Below, one piece after another: positions 1 through 9,157 of a DNA stretch of 32,000 bases; the stretch's first letter is position 1; each line of letters opens with the position of its first letter. The stretch comes from Candidatus Nitrospira inopinata (lineage in GTDB: Bacteria; Nitrospirota; Nitrospiria; Nitrospirales; Nitrospiraceae), in NCBI RefSeq assembly GCF_001458695.1, contig NZ_LN885086.1, positions 2,520,001 to 2,552,000 on the forward strand, written 5' to 3'. Under the pieces are notes generated by a model that searched no databases, was not told where the DNA came from, and saw only the letters and a program-made list of their open reading frames with translations. Position numbers and translations under genes: made by a program.

Positions 1-2
1 GT

Positions 3-869
3 GAGCTGGTGTTGCCGAAGCTTGCGTCGCGACAGTTACGGGACCGATATGCGTCTCTCATTCCACCGGCTGAGGCGACGTCACCGGGCGGTGTCGCCTA
101 TTTTCACGGCTGCGCGGCCAATTATTTCGACGATGGCGTTGGGGACGCTGTCATCGCCGTCTTGCGCAAACACGGGGTGGAGCCGGCCCTGCCGCCGCAA
201 CGGTGTTCGGGTACACCGATTCAAACCTATGGTCACGAAGAACTGGTCCGCGAGAGCGCCCGGTTTAATCTCACCTCCTTGGCGTCCTACGACACGGTGG
301 TGACCGGCTGCGCCTCCTGTACCCTCATGCTCAAGGACTATCCGACTCTCTTTGCCGATGGAGAAGAACGGCGACAGGCGGAGGCTTTGGCGAAGAAAGT
401 GATGCATATTACAGAGTTCGTGGCCCGCTCCACCGTTCAACCTCCAATGGGCGCCGTGGGCGATGGAACGGGCGTGACCGTGACCTACCATTCGTCCTGC
501 CACTTGCGGGCCGCCGGTGTGACGAAGGAGCCGAGGAAACTCTTGGCCTCATTGCCGGGCGCGCGGTTTGTCGAGATGGCGGACGCAGACCGGTGCGCCG
601 GCGGGGCGGGGACCTACGTGGTGAAGGACTACGACACCTCGCAAAGGATTTTTTCAAGGAAGGCCCGCGCCATCGAACAGACGGGCGCGAACGTGGTGGC
701 GACCAGTTGTCCGGCCTGCATGATCCAGCTTGCCAATGGCTTGCGGGGACGAGCCACGGTCAAACACGTGGCGCAGCTTCTTCAAGACGCCTACCAAGCA
801 GCCGGGGAGACAGAGCCCAAGGCGGATCACGGCCAGGTCCCGGGCGATTCCACGAAGAATGAGCGGTAA
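3..869 (+). CDS. Fe-S oxidoreductase, C-terminal half with two CCG-type cysteine-rich domains (GlcF/LutA/HdrD-like); 5' end lies outside the window
   Basis: The frame is open from the window edge to TAA at 867-869. There are two cysteine motif sets (FHGCAANYF..RCSG..TGCASC and YHSSCHL..RCAGGAG..SCPAC) of the kind seen in CCG-domain heterodisulfide-reductase-like proteins. No N-terminal ferredoxin domain is visible, so the gene is truncated by the window. Confidence 0.7.
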   Translation, partial: ELVLPKLASRQLRDRYASLIPPAEATSPGGVAYFHGCAANYFDDGVGDAVIAVLRKHGVEPALPPQRCSGTPIQTYGHEELVRESARFNLTSLASYDTVVTGCASCTLMLKDYPTLFADGEERRQAEALAKKVMHITEFVARSTVQPPMGAVGDGTGVTVTYHSSCHLRAAGVTKEPRKLLASLPGARFVEMADADRCAGGAGTYVVKDYDTSQRIFSRKARAIEQTGANVVATSCPACMIQLANGLRGRATVKHVAQLLQDAYQAAGETEPKADHGQVPGDSTKNER

Positions 870-878
870 ACGACAAGG

Positions 879-1169
879 GTGCTTCTGCCTATGGTGACGA
901 TCGTGGTGCTTGGCCATACCCTGCGCGAAGCTGTGGGGGCCGGTGAGATCGAGATCGACATTCTCGGGCCGACGACCATCAAACAACTGATCGAGACACA
1001 TCAAGACCGGCTGGGCGGGTTGCTTCCCTACCTTGTTCGGCGGGAAGCGCTGATTACGATCAACAAGCGGGTCGGGACGGAAGATTCCATGATCAGGAAC
1101 GGCGACGTCGTGAAATTCGCCTTTCAGTCCCGTGCCTCCTACGACGGTACCAGAGACATTCCGGTTTGA
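879..1169 (+). CDS. Small beta-grasp (MoaD/ThiS-like) protein without a C-terminal Gly-Gly
   Basis: This 96-aa ORF starts 10 nt after the preceding stop; an alternative ATG lies at 891. The pattern VTIVVLGHTLREAVG..IEIDI..TIKQLIE..ITINKR..RNGDVVKF resembles MoaD/ThiS ubiquitin-like folds. The C-terminus is ..DGTRDIPV, not GG. The family call comes from pattern memory only. Confidence 0.45.
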   Translation: MLLPMVTIVVLGHTLREAVGAGEIEIDILGPTTIKQLIETHQDRLGGLLPYLVRREALITINKRVGTEDSMIRNGDVVKFAFQSRASYDGTRDIPV

Positions 1170-1358
1170 CCGAAGCCGTCCTTCCATCTCAAGCATCCAC
1201 TCTCAGCAGACACTCTGAGCGACGGGTCGAAAGATCCAAAGTTCTCTTGGAGGAAGATTTTCATGGTCCGGTCAGCCGCTCTCACCCCGACAACCTATTG
1301 AGCTCTGTGAATACGTACAACCTCTCCGTGCCGTTCGGGTCGTTGGATGGCGCGGGCA

Positions 1359-1784
1359 TCAAGGTGAGTGATTGCGTTGTTTCGTCAGCCAGCGGACGTG
1401 AATCAAGTGCTCAACAGCATGAAATTCAGGATCGCTCGTCAGGACCGTACCGGACAGCCGGCGGGCCGTGGCGATACAAAACGCATCTGCGCAGGAGACC
1501 GCATGCTCGCTCTTGATCTCCGCCGCCTCTCGCACCAAGGGCAGGTCGATCGCCACCGGTTCGATGGGCAATTGTTCCAAAAGATGAAGAGCTTCGGCTG
1601 CGCGGGCCGCACCGACCTTGCGCTTGACGATGTAGAAGAACTCGCCCCAATTGACCCAGTTCAGAAAGGCCTTGGTGCCAGCCCGCTGCTGCTCGTATAG
1701 GGCGGCGCGGACCTTTTCCCAACCAGGCTCCTTATGAAACAAGCTGACCAATGCAAAACTATCGACGACGAGCGTTTCACTCAT
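1359..1784 (-). CDS. vapC: PIN-domain toxin VapC (type II toxin-antitoxin)
   Basis: 141 aa. The PIN acidic residues sit in typical contexts (VVDS near the N-terminus, WGEF, SCADAF, TSDPEF). The start ATG overlaps the stop of the upstream antitoxin gene (ATGAGTGA overlap at 1777-1784). Confidence 0.85.
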   Translation of the reverse strand: MSETLVVDSFALVSLFHKEPGWEKVRAALYEQQRAGTKAFLNWVNWGEFFYIVKRKVGAARAAEALHLLEQLPIEPVAIDLPLVREAAEIKSEHAVSCADAFCIATARRLSGTVLTSDPEFHAVEHLIHVRWLTKQRNHSP

Positions 1785-2010
1785 GGCGCGCCTCCTCCTT
1801 GTGTTCCCGTCGGAGATCAGCCGTCAAGGAGAATTTTCCGGTGAGAAAACCTGTGGCAGCGGCAATCGGGTCATCAGCCGCCGGCGTCACAACAAGGCGC
1901 CTCTCCTCCTCGATCAACTGAACCTTCCTGCCCGGTTTAAAGCCGAGTTTGCGGCGAAGTTGCCGGGGAATCAGAATTTGATCCTTTTCTGACCTATGGG
2001 AGACAGGCAT
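1777..2010 (-). CDS. vapB: AbrB/SpoVT-fold antitoxin VapB
   Basis: The sequence MPVSHRSEKDQILIPRQLRRKLGFKPGRKVQLIEEERRLVVTP matches the SpoVT-AbrB looped-hinge pattern. I place the start at ATG 2010 because GGAGGAA lies 7 nt upstream. The track start at 2040 would add 10 residues with no RBS. Confidence 0.75.
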   Translation of the reverse strand: MPVSHRSEKDQILIPRQLRRKLGFKPGRKVQLIEEERRLVVTPAADDPIAAATGFLTGKFSLTADLRREHKEEARHE

Positions 2011-2650
2011 AGGCAATTCCTCCATTTTGAAATAGTGCATCGTATGTCATCGGCGTGGTCAAACTGAAGAATTGGAGTGCGTGCATGACCGGGTGGGACA
2101 GAAGCAGGGGCTTCATGAAGGGAATAGATGCTGAACTCTGTTCAGGAAAAGTGTCGCAAGCCCTCTTTACCCGGTGTGCTAGAACGATGCCGGGGGCGAG
2201 TTGCGTGCCACGAAGAGAGCCATAGTAGGTGGTGGCAAGACTCAATCCAAAATAAAGGGAGCGACGGTCGTTGATGAAACAAAAAGAGCTGGAACAATAG
2301 TCGCCTGGCGGATAGACCGCAGGCTTTTCTCCAGAGAATGACCTCCGATGTCACATTGAGAAGGCAGACTTACCCCCTGATAGAAGGGAAGGCTGAGGCG
2401 TACTCCCCCTCGAACAGGGAATGGCTTTTTTTACTAGGAAACCTCTACAGTCCATGGTCGATCGTCACCCGTTTCTTCTTTTTATGTCGGGCATTTCGCA
2501 TGCCACACAGCCGCACACTTGCTCGGCAGGCGCTCCCTCTATACTCGGCATTGCTTATGTACGACGGAACGACCACAGGGCGTGTGTAATTCATCACTTT
2601 GAAGAGTCCGTGTGTATGGAGGCATCTATTGGAGCAGAGAGACCTCAGTA

Positions 2651-4972
2651 ATGTCTGATCACCGGCAAGACTTTAAGTCACATTCCAGCCAATTTTTCGC
2701 ACACAGTGCCAACGGCCATGGGAAATGGCACCGGTTGGCGGACCATCTCGCCAGCGTTTCGAAACTTGCAAAAGATTTTATGCAAGAGAGGAACGGTGCT
2801 GAGGAAGCGGCGCTCGCTGGCGTATTACACGACCTTGGGAAATATGGAGACCGCTTTCAGGCACGACTGCACGGCAAAGATCAGGGGCTAGATCACTGGT
2901 CGCAGGGCGCATGGATTGCTTTATACGAGTATCGTGCTATCGCCGCCGCTCTCGCTATTCAAGGACATCATGTTGGCTTGCAACGTGCCAACACCGATGC
3001 CTTGCGTTGGATGAATCCCCAAACTCTCGCTCAATATCATCCCTTCGGGCTAGCCCTCAGTGATTCCGATTGCGCACATCTTAAGCAGCGTGCAGAGGCA
3101 GATGGGCTAAATATTCAAAAGCCATCGCACACAGTATTGAAACATCAAAATGGCATGGAGCATGCCATCGCCGCCATGCTCGACGTGCGGATGCTCTTCT
3201 CCTGTCTGTTGGATGCGGATTTTCTCGACACCGAGGCACACTTCGAGAGTGATGCACAAGGGAAACGTCCACGTTCTGAAGGATTAAAGCTGGAGACCGA
3301 CGCGGCACTTGCCGCGCTTGATACTTATATGGCATCGCTGCGCGCCGTCCCTGGCGCGCAAATCGAGGTGCGGCAGGCACGGGAAACTCTATGGAATGCC
3401 GTCACACAGGTAGGCCAAGAAGACCCCGGTCTATTCACGCTGACCGCGCCGACCGGTTCTGGCAAGACGCTGGCGATGCTCAAGTTCGCGCTGGAGCACG
3501 CGAAGAAGCATGGGCTGAAACGAATCGTTCTAGCGGTCCCTTTCTTAACGGTCATCGAACAAATAGCACAAATTTACAGAGCGGTATTTCAAACCTTCCC
3601 GGATAGTTTTGTCTTGGAACACCACAGCTTGGCCGGGCTGGGGGCTGAAGCGGACCGGCGGGACGCTGAAGGGGCAAGTGAGCGTCAGCGCCGTCTGCTT
3701 GCCGAAAATTGGGATGCGCCAATCGTATTGACCACCAACGTACAGTTGCTGGAATCGATCTTTTCAAATCGACCGTCCGTCTGCCGCAAACTGCACAACC
3801 TGATGGACTCGGTCATTCTGTTCGACGAGGCGCAGAGTCTGCCACAACATTTAGCGGTCCCCACTTTGGCGGCGTTGTCGCATCTGTCGGCAGCCTATCG
3901 ATCCACTGTCGTATTTGCCACCGCGACCCAACCCGCGTTCGACGCTTTAAACGAAGCCGTGAAGAAATATGCTGTCTCCGGCTGGAAACCGGTCGAAGCC
4001 GTGTCGGAACACCGAGTCCTTTTCGCAAAGCTCAAACGTGTCGAAGTTCATTGGCCGAAAGTCGACGAAAGACGGTCGTGGTCCCAACTCGCTGACGAAT
4101 TGCGAGACCAGAATCAAGCATTGGTCGTGGTGAACCTGAAACGTCATGCTCTTGCTTTGCTCGAAAGGCTAAAGGGAGAGGAGCACGTATTCCATCTCTC
4201 GACCAACTTGTGTGCCGAACACCGGCGGGTGGTGATGGATAAGATCAGGGGGCGACTTGCGGCCGGGGATCCCTGCCGTCTCATTTCAACCCAATGTGTT
4301 GAGGCAGGAGTGGACGTAGATTTTCCCTTGGTTTTCCGTGCCATGGCGCCGCTGGAGGCTGTTGCGCAAGCAGCAGGACGTTGTAATCGCGAAGGCAGGC
4401 TCAACGAACAGGGCCGTCTTGGTCAAGTCGTTGTTTTCGAGCCGGAAGATGAAGAGGTGTGGAGGAAGCGGTTCCCCACGTATGGCTATTATCAAGCGAC
4501 CCAAGTCACACAAACCCTCCTTAAGCTGCACAATAATAATTTGGACATCAACGACCCCGCTGTGTTTCGAGCCTATTATCAGCGACTCTACAATCTAAAC
4601 AATCCAGCCAGCCAGAATGCTGACCTGACAAGAGCAATTCAGGAACTCGATTTCGTGGAGATTGCCAAGGTGTATCGACTCATTGCCCAGGACGCCATTC
4701 AAGTGCTGGTACCATGGGCGGGTAGATACGATGAGTTTTTGGCGCTACGAACCGAGGCCGATCGACAAGGCATCAACACCAACTGGATACGACGTGCCCA
4801 GGGGCTTGCCGTCAGTGTGTATCGCACGAATGACGGCCCACCCGCCTGGGCTATTCCGGTGAAATTGCGGCGCGGGGGTGTCTCCGACGAGTGGTTCGTT
4901 CTCGAAGGGGATTTCTACGACGAGCTGCTGGGGCTCAATCCGCCCCAAGGCGAACAGGTGTTCATGGCATAG
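2651..4972 (+). CDS. cas3: Cas3 HD nuclease / SF2 helicase (type I-C)
   Basis: The N-terminal HD domain shows FAHS..WHRLADHL..VLHDLGKY..QGHH. Helicase motifs are TAPTGSGKT (Walker A), FDEAQS (motif II) and FATATQP (motif III). It is the first gene of the cas operon. The start is uncertain: ATG 2651 (MSDHRQ..) is preferred, and GTG 2612 is the longest alternative. Confidence 0.95.
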   Translation: MSDHRQDFKSHSSQFFAHSANGHGKWHRLADHLASVSKLAKDFMQERNGAEEAALAGVLHDLGKYGDRFQARLHGKDQGLDHWSQGAWIALYEYRAIAAALAIQGHHVGLQRANTDALRWMNPQTLAQYHPFGLALSDSDCAHLKQRAEADGLNIQKPSHTVLKHQNGMEHAIAAMLDVRMLFSCLLDADFLDTEAHFESDAQGKRPRSEGLKLETDAALAALDTYMASLRAVPGAQIEVRQARETLWNAVTQVGQEDPGLFTLTAPTGSGKTLAMLKFALEHAKKHGLKRIVLAVPFLTVIEQIAQIYRAVFQTFPDSFVLEHHSLAGLGAEADRRDAEGASERQRRLLAENWDAPIVLTTNVQLLESIFSNRPSVCRKLHNLMDSVILFDEAQSLPQHLAVPTLAALSHLSAAYRSTVVFATATQPAFDALNEAVKKYAVSGWKPVEAVSEHRVLFAKLKRVEVHWPKVDERRSWSQLADELRDQNQALVVVNLKRHALALLERLKGEEHVFHLSTNLCAEHRRVVMDKIRGRLAAGDPCRLISTQCVEAGVDVDFPLVFRAMAPLEAVAQAAGRCNREGRLNEQGRLGQVVVFEPEDEEVWRKRFPTYGYYQATQVTQTLLKLHNNNLDINDPAVFRAYYQRLYNLNNPASQNADLTRAIQELDFVEIAKVYRLIAQDAIQVLVPWAGRYDEFLALRTEADRQGINTNWIRRAQGLAVSVYRTNDGPPAWAIPVKLRRGGVSDEWFVLEGDFYDELLGLNPPQGEQVFMA

Positions 4973-4980
4973 GAGGAGAT

Positions 4981-5751
4981 ATGGCGAACGGCACGCATAC
5001 CTTGGAAGTCTGGGGAGACTTTGCTTGCTTTACACGGCCGGAGATGAAGGTCGAGCGGTTTTCCTACCCAGTCATCACGCCATCTGCGGCCCGAGGCATC
5101 TTTGACGCCATTTACTGGGATGGAAGACGGGAACAGCACGGGAAAGAAAGCGTGATGCGCCCCTATTTCCACTGGCAGATTACCCGCATCGAAGTGCTGG
5201 AGATTCCCCGCTACATCGCGTTGCGGCGGAACGAAGTGAAAGACAAAGCCCCTGCTGAGCGCACGCTCAAGGCGTGGATGGAAGGGCGCGAGCAACCTGA
5301 ACCCATCTGGGCTGATGGTGGCAAGGATGAACTCGGGACTGATCAAAAAGGCCGCACGCAGCGTCAAACGATGGCGCTCAAGAATGTGCGCTATCGGCTG
5401 ACAGCGCAAATTGTTCCGAAGCCCGATTTTGCTTCAGACTACGGCAAGTTCAACGCCTGCTTCGAGCGTCGCGCAAAGCAGGGCAAGTGCTTTCAGCAAC
5501 CCTATTTCGGCTGCCGAGAATTCCCGGCCTTCTTTGAATATGTGGAATCACCGGATCCCAAAGCCTGGTTACCTGTTGCGATGAACCAGCATCTGGGTCT
5601 CATGCTTTACGACGTGTTTGACTTGCGCAAGGAGACCATCAAAGACGACGACACGCCATTCATCACGCTATTTGACGCACACATACGTAACGGCGTGCTA
5701 GACATACCGCCGTTCGACAACGAAGCGGTGAAAAAGCCGGGGAGGCAATAA
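4981..5751 (+). CDS. cas5c: Cas5c (Cas5d) pre-crRNA endoribonuclease / Cascade subunit
   Basis: The N-terminus MANGTHTLEVWGDFACFTRPEMKVERFSYPVITPSAARGIFDAIYW is the characteristic Cas5 subtype I-C start. AGGAGG at 4971-4976 precedes ATG 4981, immediately after the cas3 stop. The track start at 4891 would overlap cas3 and is rejected. Confidence 0.93.
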   Translation: MANGTHTLEVWGDFACFTRPEMKVERFSYPVITPSAARGIFDAIYWDGRREQHGKESVMRPYFHWQITRIEVLEIPRYIALRRNEVKDKAPAERTLKAWMEGREQPEPIWADGGKDELGTDQKGRTQRQTMALKNVRYRLTAQIVPKPDFASDYGKFNACFERRAKQGKCFQQPYFGCREFPAFFEYVESPDPKAWLPVAMNQHLGLMLYDVFDLRKETIKDDDTPFITLFDAHIRNGVLDIPPFDNEAVKKPGRQ

Positions 5752-5753
5752 CC

Positions 5754-7502
5754 ATGTTGCAAGCATTGATGAGCTATGGCGAACGCCTTGACTCCGAGCC
5801 TGGGTTTAAGACCCGCGAAGTGCGCTGGTGCGTTGAACTAGATGCTGACGGCCGGTTTTTGAATGTCTTGCCGTTGGGCGATGGCAAACGCGGGGCGTTA
5901 TATCCGCGGTGTCCTGATATGCACAACATGAATGCCGGCGGCAAATCCCATTTTCTCGTGGAAACGGTGCAGACGGTCACGCTTCTGTTTAAGGCCAATG
6001 AAGAGGAGAGGAAGATCGCCGGTACGAAGGAAAAACACCGCTTCTTCGTTGATCTGATACGAAATGCGTCGCGCTCGGTTCCCGCGCTGACTCCCGTTGT
6101 AAGACTTCTGGGGGATGATAATCAGCTTGCGAAACTCCGGGAATCTCTGACTCAACACAAAGCCAAACCAACTGATTGGTTGGGATGGCGGGTGGATGGG
6201 CATGACCCCCGTGAAGATCACAGGGTTCAGGCGTGGTGGCGTGAGTGGCGCCAGACTGACATGGTTGACGGCCAGGATGAATCCTCATCATCCTCTCAAA
6301 ATGATGAGCCTCACATGGTCTGCTTGTTGACGGGACAACCCACCGAGCCCTTGCCGACCCATCCGAAGATCACTGGGCTATCAGGGGTTGGAGGGCTTGG
6401 AACCGGTGATGCCATGGTCGGGTTCGACAAGGCGTCATTCGGATCATTCGGGTTGGAGCAATCGGCCAACGCCGCCATGAGCGCCGAAGCTGCTCAGAAA
6501 TATGTGGATGGGCTCAACGACTTGATTCGCAACCACTCCCGCAAACTGGCCAATGCGCTGGTTGTGCACTGGTTCAAGGAGCAGGTCGCCCCACAAGACG
6601 ATCCATTGGAGTGGTTGAATGGTTTCGAGTCGCAAGAATACACGGAAGCGGCGGCACTGGGGGCCGCGCGTCGTCTCCTTGAATCCATCCGCAAAGGTGA
6701 ACGGAGTGATTTAGGCAACAATGAGTACTATGCGTTGACGCTCTCCGGTGCATCAGGGCGGGTGATGGTGCGTGACTGGATGGAAGGGCGTTTCGAGGAT
6801 TTGGTGCGTAACGTCGAAGCATGGTTTGCCGATCTTGCCATTGTCGCCCGCGACGGCAAGGGGCAAGCTCATGATCCCAAGTTCATGGCGGTGTGCGGAG
6901 CATTGGTGCGTGAACTTAAAGACTTGCCTGCGCCCACTTGCGCCACGTTATGGAAAGTGGCCGTCCAGCGTTTACCCATCCCGCAACCGCTCATGGCTCA
7001 GGCGCTGGCGCGACTCCGATCCGATCTCATCCAAGACGAACCGTTCAACCACGCTCGTATGGGGCTTCTCAAGGCCTATTTTGTCCGACTTCAACCAGGA
7101 GGTGTTCACGCTATGACGGCCTATCTCAATCCCAATCATCCAGAACCCGCCTACCACTGTGGGCGGTTACTGGCGGTGTTTTCCAACTTGCAACGCGCCG
7201 CGCTTGGCGACGTGGGCGCAGGCGTCGTGCAACGGTACTACGCTGCCGCCAGCCAAACACCGGGATTGATTCTCGGTCGTTTGGCGAGCAATGCGCGCAA
7301 CCACTTGGGCAAGCTCGAAAACGGTTTAGCCTGGTGGTACGAGAATCAAATCGCGGACGTGATGAGTCGCTTGGGTGATGGCGCGCCGCGTGTCCTGGAC
7401 CTTAACGGTCAAGGGCTATTTGCTCTTGGCTATTACCAACAACTTGCCGCCTTGCGTGAGGGCAAAAACACCAACCACATTGCACAAGGAGAAACAAAAT
7501 GA
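5754..7502 (+). CDS. cas8c: Cas8c (Csd1) large subunit of type I-C Cascade
   Basis: 582 aa, sitting between cas5c and cas7c. The N-terminus [12 protein letters not shown].. is Csd1-like. The stop overlaps the cas7c start (ATGA at 7499-7502). Confidence 0.9.
   Translation: MLQALMSYGERLDSEPGFKTREVRWCVELDADGRFLNVLPLGDGKRGALYPRCPDMHNMNAGGKSHFLVETVQTVTLLFKANEEERKIAGTKEKHRFFVDLIRNASRSVPALTPVVRLLGDDNQLAKLRESLTQHKAKPTDWLGWRVDGHDPREDHRVQAWWREWRQTDMVDGQDESSSSSQNDEPHMVCLLTGQPTEPLPTHPKITGLSGVGGLGTGDAMVGFDKASFGSFGLEQSANAAMSAEAAQKYVDGLNDLIRNHSRKLANALVVHWFKEQVAPQDDPLEWLNGFESQEYTEAAALGAARRLLESIRKGERSDLGNNEYYALTLSGASGRVMVRDWMEGRFEDLVRNVEAWFADLAIVARDGKGQAHDPKFMAVCGALVRELKDLPAPTCATLWKVAVQRLPIPQPLMAQALARLRSDLIQDEPFNHARMGLLKAYFVRLQPGGVHAMTAYLNPNHPEPAYHCGRLLAVFSNLQRAALGDVGAGVVQRYYAAASQTPGLILGRLASNARNHLGKLENGLAWWYENQIADVMSRLGDGAPRVLDLNGQGLFALGYYQQLAALREGKNTNHIAQGETK
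7113..7502 (+). CDS. cas11c: Candidate internally translated small subunit Cas11c (in frame with the cas8c 3' end, 129 aa)
   Basis: AGGAGG at 7097-7102 lies 10 nt upstream of an in-frame ATG at 7113 (cas8c codon 454). The predicted product is about 14 kDa. Independent translation of Cas11c from within cas8c has been described for type I-C systems. Here it is only a sequence prediction. Confidence 0.5.
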   Translation: MTAYLNPNHPEPAYHCGRLLAVFSNLQRAALGDVGAGVVQRYYAAASQTPGLILGRLASNARNHLGKLENGLAWWYENQIADVMSRLGDGAPRVLDLNGQGLFALGYYQQLAALREGKNTNHIAQGETK

Positions 7503-8497
7503 CTGCGATCCAGAACCGTTACGAATTTCTCTATCTCTTTGACTGTGAAAACGGCAATCCCAACGGCGACCCGGATGCCGGCAACAGCCCGCGCATTGAC
7601 CCTGAAGACATGCACGGCCTGGTCTCCGATGTGGCCATCAAGCGCCGGGTGCGCAACTACATTCAGGCGGCCTTCGGCAACGTGGCGCCCAACGCCATTT
7701 TTGTCGAACATTCCTCCAATCTCAACAAGCCGATTACGGCAGCGCATGAAAAAACGGGTGGGGCCCCCGCTGGTGGTGGGAATAGAGCGCAGGTTGGAAA
7801 GGCTCGCGAGTGGATGTGCCAACAGTTTTTTGATGTGCGGACCTTTGGTGCAGTGATGTCTACCGGCCCCAACGCCGGACAAGTACGGGGGCCGGTGCAG
7901 GTGGCGTTTTCACGTTCTGTTGATCCAATTCTGCCGATGGATGCGTCGATTACTCGCATGGCGGTTGCGGAAAAAGTATCCGGTGCCAAGTCCGTTGCAG
8001 ACTATGAGAAATGGGAAAACGATCAAGAAGAGGACAAACTCCGCACCATGGGCCGTAAGGCACTGATTCCCTACGGGCTCTATGTCGCCAAAGGGTTTGT
8101 GTCCGCCCATCTTGCCCAGGGCACGGGCTTTTCCGATGACGACCTTACTCATCTCTGGGAAGCGTTGGCTGGTATGTGGGATCACGACCGATCTGCGTCC
8201 AAGGGCATGATGTCGTGCAGAGGTCTGTATGTCTTTAAACACGTCGGGACCGATACAAATGGTGAACAGCGAACGCGCCAGGCCATGCTGGGCTGTGCAC
8301 CAGCCCAGGCGTTGCTTGATCTGGGGAGAGTAGTCAGTATTGCGAGGAACGAGGCCGAGATGAAGAAAGACAGCGTCATGAGCCCTCGCGCGTTCACCCA
8401 TTACTCTGTGAGTGTAGATTCAACGAGAATTCCCGCTGGGGTGGAGATGTGGATATGGGATGCGACACAGAGACACCTGACGCGATATGAGGCATAA
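7499..8497 (+). CDS. cas7c: Cas7c (Csd2) Cascade backbone subunit
   Basis: The N-terminus [49 protein letters not shown] is the hallmark Csd2/Cas7 type I-C motif. 332 aa. Confidence 0.95.
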   Translation: MTAIQNRYEFLYLFDCENGNPNGDPDAGNSPRIDPEDMHGLVSDVAIKRRVRNYIQAAFGNVAPNAIFVEHSSNLNKPITAAHEKTGGAPAGGGNRAQVGKAREWMCQQFFDVRTFGAVMSTGPNAGQVRGPVQVAFSRSVDPILPMDASITRMAVAEKVSGAKSVADYEKWENDQEEDKLRTMGRKALIPYGLYVAKGFVSAHLAQGTGFSDDDLTHLWEALAGMWDHDRSASKGMMSCRGLYVFKHVGTDTNGEQRTRQAMLGCAPAQALLDLGRVVSIARNEAEMKKDSVMSPRAFTHYSVSVDSTRIPAGVEMWIWDATQRHLTRYEA

Positions 8498-8514
8498 GCT
8501 CGGCATGTTCAATC

Positions 8515-9150
8515 ATGGCTGATGAAACAGGAGAGGAAAACCTCGTCTTCGTTTCCGCGCTTAATCAATATGCCTATTGCCCACGCCGGTGCGCGCTGAT
8601 TTATGGGGAGCAGACCTTTGATGACAACGTCTACACAATGCGTGGTCGTGATCTGCACGAGCGCACCGATCAGCCGATGGAGAGTGGGTGGGAAGAAGGA
8701 GTGCGGGTTGAGCGGGGGCTTCCGTTGTGGTCAAAACGGCTGGGTCTTATTGGAAAGGCGGATGTAGTCGAGTTTCACGGTGACACGCCGTATCCCGTTG
8801 AGTACAAGTCAGGCCCCAAGCGCCGATTTGAGAATGATGATCTCCAAGTCTGTGCCCAGGCGCTGTGTCTGGAGGAGATGACAGGCAAGGAGGTGCCGCG
8901 CGGGGCAATCTACCACCACAGCTCACGGAGGCGCCGCGAAGTGATCTTCACGCCTGAGCTGCGCAGGCGAGTCGAAGAAGCGATCGTCAACATTCGACAA
9001 TTGCTGGCGCGCGGCACACTTCCGCCTCCGGTGAATGATCGCCGCTGCGAGCGGTGTTCATTGATTGAAACGTGTATGCCATCTGTGATCGGCGAGCAAG
9101 GCCGCGCCCGTGCACTCGTGCGAGGATTGTTTTTGGTGAAGGACTCCTAA
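8515..9150 (+). CDS. cas4: Cas4 RecB-like exonuclease with 4Fe-4S cluster
   Basis: There is an N-terminal Cys (YAYCPRRC) and a C-terminal C-x2-C-x5-C ([10 protein letters not shown]). The PD-(D/E)xK core shows [16 protein letters not shown]. The gene lies between cas7c and cas1, as in type I-C loci. Confidence 0.93.
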   Translation: MADETGEENLVFVSALNQYAYCPRRCALIYGEQTFDDNVYTMRGRDLHERTDQPMESGWEEGVRVERGLPLWSKRLGLIGKADVVEFHGDTPYPVEYKSGPKRRFENDDLQVCAQALCLEEMTGKEVPRGAIYHHSSRRRREVIFTPELRRRVEEAIVNIRQLLARGTLPPPVNDRRCERCSLIETCMPSVIGEQGRARALVRGLFLVKDS

Positions 9151-9157
9151 AACCACC

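Noticed and set aside
2612-2650. GTG 2612 as the cas3 start (track model)
   Set aside because: It is not excluded, but the 13 extra residues (MYGGIYWSRETSV) precede the conserved Cas3 HD N-terminus. ATG 2651 gives a typical start. Neither candidate has a strong SD, so the choice remains uncertain.
4891-4980. An upstream extension of cas5c (track start at 4891)
   Set aside because: It would overlap the cas3 3' end by 82 nt and add an Arg-rich leader. AGGAGG plus ATG 4981 gives the canonical Cas5c N-terminus.
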